Part shown: positions 62,013 through 64,000 of the stretch, piece after piece
Position numbering within the stretch: position 1 is the first letter of the stretch
How the letters are laid out: the number at the start of each line of letters is the position of its first letter
NCBI GenBank assembly: GCA_963718565.1
Contig: OY970364.1
Span: 1,696,001-1,760,000 of the forward strand
Direction: 5' to 3'
Origin: an uncultured Verrucomicrobiae bacterium
Lineage (GTDB): Bacteria > Chlamydiota > Chlamydiia > Chlamydiales > Rhabdochlamydiaceae
Length of the DNA: 64,000 nucleotides
The notes under the pieces: model-generated
Database searches by the model: none
What the model was told of the DNA's origin: nothing
What the model saw: only the letters and a program-made list of their open reading frames with translations
Made by a program: the position numbers and the translations under genes

Positions 62013-64000
62013 TCAATTTAATTCTTTAAATGATTCAGGCACAAAATGATAAGCTGCTCTGCCGCGGATGAAGTAGTAGATAGCGCCGCCAAAGCACTCG
62101 GAAAAGGGGCGGTTGTCAAATAGCTTTACATAGCGCTCCAGGGCGGTGGTATAGATCGAAGCTTGTAGAAAATAGTCGTGATTGTGCATCGCCTGGATGA
62201 TGTTCCCTTGGGTGTAGTCTGCATCTGAAGGACCGAGATAATTGCTTTTCCAATCGAGAAGATAATATTTCCCTCTGTATTCAAATAACAGATCGCAAAA
62301 CCCTTTCATCATTCCTTTCGAAACAGGGAAAAAAAACTCCATCTCCTCCTGCATTTGGCCGCCTGGCACATCTGAGAGCGAAAAATGATCTACCAACTTC
62401 TTTGTTAAAAGCTTGATGACCCATGGGAAAATCACAGGGCCCCATTCTTCTAAAAAAGAGAAGGCAATCTCTTCCTCGATCCTTTGCTTCAGCGCAGTTT
62501 CGTCGAGAGGATGATGAAGGTGGCGTTTGAAAATCGTTTCAAACAGAAGGTGAAGAAGATGCCCAGTTTCACTCCCCAAGGGCATCGTGTGCGGCGAGAG
62601 AGGATCTTCTAAGCTTGGCTTAGGTATACTGTGAAAATGTTCCTGTTTCGCTAAGGCAGAAAAGGAGAAAAGTTGTTCCTCATAATGGGGAATGTCGAAA
62701 GGTTGCGGTGGAATGAGCTCAAAGGCCGTGGGTGTCTTTGCATAAAAAACATCGGGCAGTTCTTCAAGAAAACGATGATGGATGTGAGGGGAAAGGGTCT
62801 CTAAAACGTGTTTAGCACGAGCTGGATTGAGAAGCTGGACAGAGGAGTAGAGCTCACGATAAGTCGCCGGATTTTGATCGAGTCTTGCAAAGAAAAGTTC
62901 GATGGCAGAAGCTTCTCCAGCAGTAAGAGGTTTTTGCTCTTGATTGATTACAAGGGGAATATAAAGTCGTTTTTTCGCGCGCGTCAGGGCAACATAAAGC
63001 TGGCGCATTTTTTCTGCATCTTGTTCTTCGAGGAACATCTGGCATGCAGAATCTTCTGCATCGAAAGGGGTGATCAGGGGATGCCCCTCTTTCCTGGTCA
63101 CTGCGTATTCAGAAAGCTTATTTCGGGAAGCGATGCCAAGAGCAAAAACAGTATCGAATTCCAACCCTTTGCTCATGTGCATGGTCATCACTGTAACGCT
63201 GCCTTTTTCTTCGTGAGAAGAAATGCGCAGGCGGTGATCTTCGCGCTCGGCTTCCACAGCGATCTGCTCCAAAAAGCTAAGATAAGCATCTCCTTTCAAG
63301 TGGCGAAGCATCGACTCTTCGATGATCAACTCAGACAATTTTCTCAAATCGAGATAAAGCGATACTTCGCCGTGGCCAAGCAGCTTTTCGAGTAGAGTGA
63401 GAGAAGAATTGCCCCAACGAGTCTTTAATAAGGCTTGAAAGAAAACTCCAAATCCCTTTTCCAAAAGAATACGATTGAGCGCGTGCATCTGGGCTTTTGC
63501 TTGAAGCAGAGAAGCGTCCTCAGGTCCCTGACAAATCTGTTCACTGCTCCAAGCAATGAGGGGCCCCGCAAGGGCCGCTTTGATCTTGCCGGTATCATAA
63601 GGGGAGCAGACAGCGCTGAGCAGTTCTTTGAGCGCAAAATAAGCAATGGAATCTGTAATCGCCGCTGCACGCTTAGAGCTGGCAGGAATGCCATGCGCTT
63701 GAAGATAGTCGACGGTTTCCTTTGCCATGTACCGGTCCTTGATCAAAATCGCAATCTCGTGATACGCGGCGCCATGACAATGCAAGTCATAGATTTCTGA
63801 GGCGATGAAGGGAAAGATCTTTTTCTTTAGCATGTCCTGCGTAGGAAATTTTTGACTCCTCCCTTTTTTGTCGACAGCGATGAAAAACTGCAAGGGGATT
63901 TCAGAGCCATTTTCTCGGCAAGAAGCGCCTGCTTTGACGGGCATGATCTTCAACGTCTCCTGATTGCGCGGCAGCGGCATCCAGTCGCCCTGTGCTTGTG
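62013..64000 (-). CDS. recB: Exodeoxyribonuclease V beta subunit, 3' part (runs off the window)
   Basis: TMHMSKGLEF, RQLYVALTRAK, nuclease motif GFCDLLF...LLDWKSN, QASIY. Confidence 0.88.
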   Translation of the reverse strand, partial: QAQGDWMPLPRNQETLKIMPVKAGASCRENGSEIPLQFFIAVDKKGRSQKFPTQDMLKKKIFPFIASEIYDLHCHGAAYHEIAILIKDRYMAKETVDYLQAHGIPASSKRAAAITDSIAYFALKELLSAVCSPYDTGKIKAALAGPLIAWSSEQICQGPEDASLLQAKAQMHALNRILLEKGFGVFFQALLKTRWGNSSLTLLEKLLGHGEVSLYLDLRKLSELIIEESMLRHLKGDAYLSFLEQIAVEAEREDHRLRISSHEEKGSVTVMTMHMSKGLEFDTVFALGIASRNKLSEYAVTRKEGHPLITPFDAEDSACQMFLEEQDAEKMRQLYVALTRAKKRLYIPLVINQEQKPLTAGEASAIELFFARLDQNPATYRELYSSVQLLNPARAKHVLETLSPHIHHRFLEELPDVFYAKTPTAFELIPPQPFDIPHYEEQLFSFSALAKQEHFHSIPKPSLEDPLSPHTMPLGSETGHLLHLLFETIFKRHLHHPLDETALKQRIEEEIAFSFLEEWGPVIFPWVIKLLTKKLVDHFSLSDVPGGQMQEEMEFFFPVSKGMMKGFCDLLFEYRGKYYLLDWKSNYLGPSDADYTQGNIIQAMHNHDYFLQASIYTTALERYVKLFDNRPFSECFGGAIYYFIRGRAAYHFVPESFKELN

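Overview
64-kb window from an AT-rich environmental Chlamydiae-like genome (inferred from the sigma66-type RpoD next to rpsT, chlamydia-style hypothetical/effector genes and housekeeping content). Core genes (rsmD, mutY, mreC, aspC, tRNA-Ala, dinG, rpoD, rpsT, dacB, coaD, recD, recB) are interleaved with a dense mobilome: an IS607 element with a Fanzor-like rearranged TnpB, an intact IS3, an unclassified two-ORF IS, IS66/IS630/IS1634 remnants, and at least four families of palindromic miniature repeats. Highlights: (1) a two-gene cassette present twice, encoding a secreted alpha/beta-hydrolase with a fast-diverging Gly-rich beta-strand tail ending in Phe plus a membrane-anchored four-module retropepsin-like aspartic protease; (2) a 182-bp palindromic element inserted in frame into mutY, adding 62 codons; (3) full ISs sitting inside palindromic MITEs; (4) a 27-bp hairpin loop present in opposite orientations in two copies; (5) a pair of Ser/Thr kinase effector-like genes, one decapitated by an IS. 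Multiple frameshifts in essential rpoD suggest the assembly has indel errors, so single frameshifts elsewhere are treated cautiously. All calls are by eye, with no database searches.
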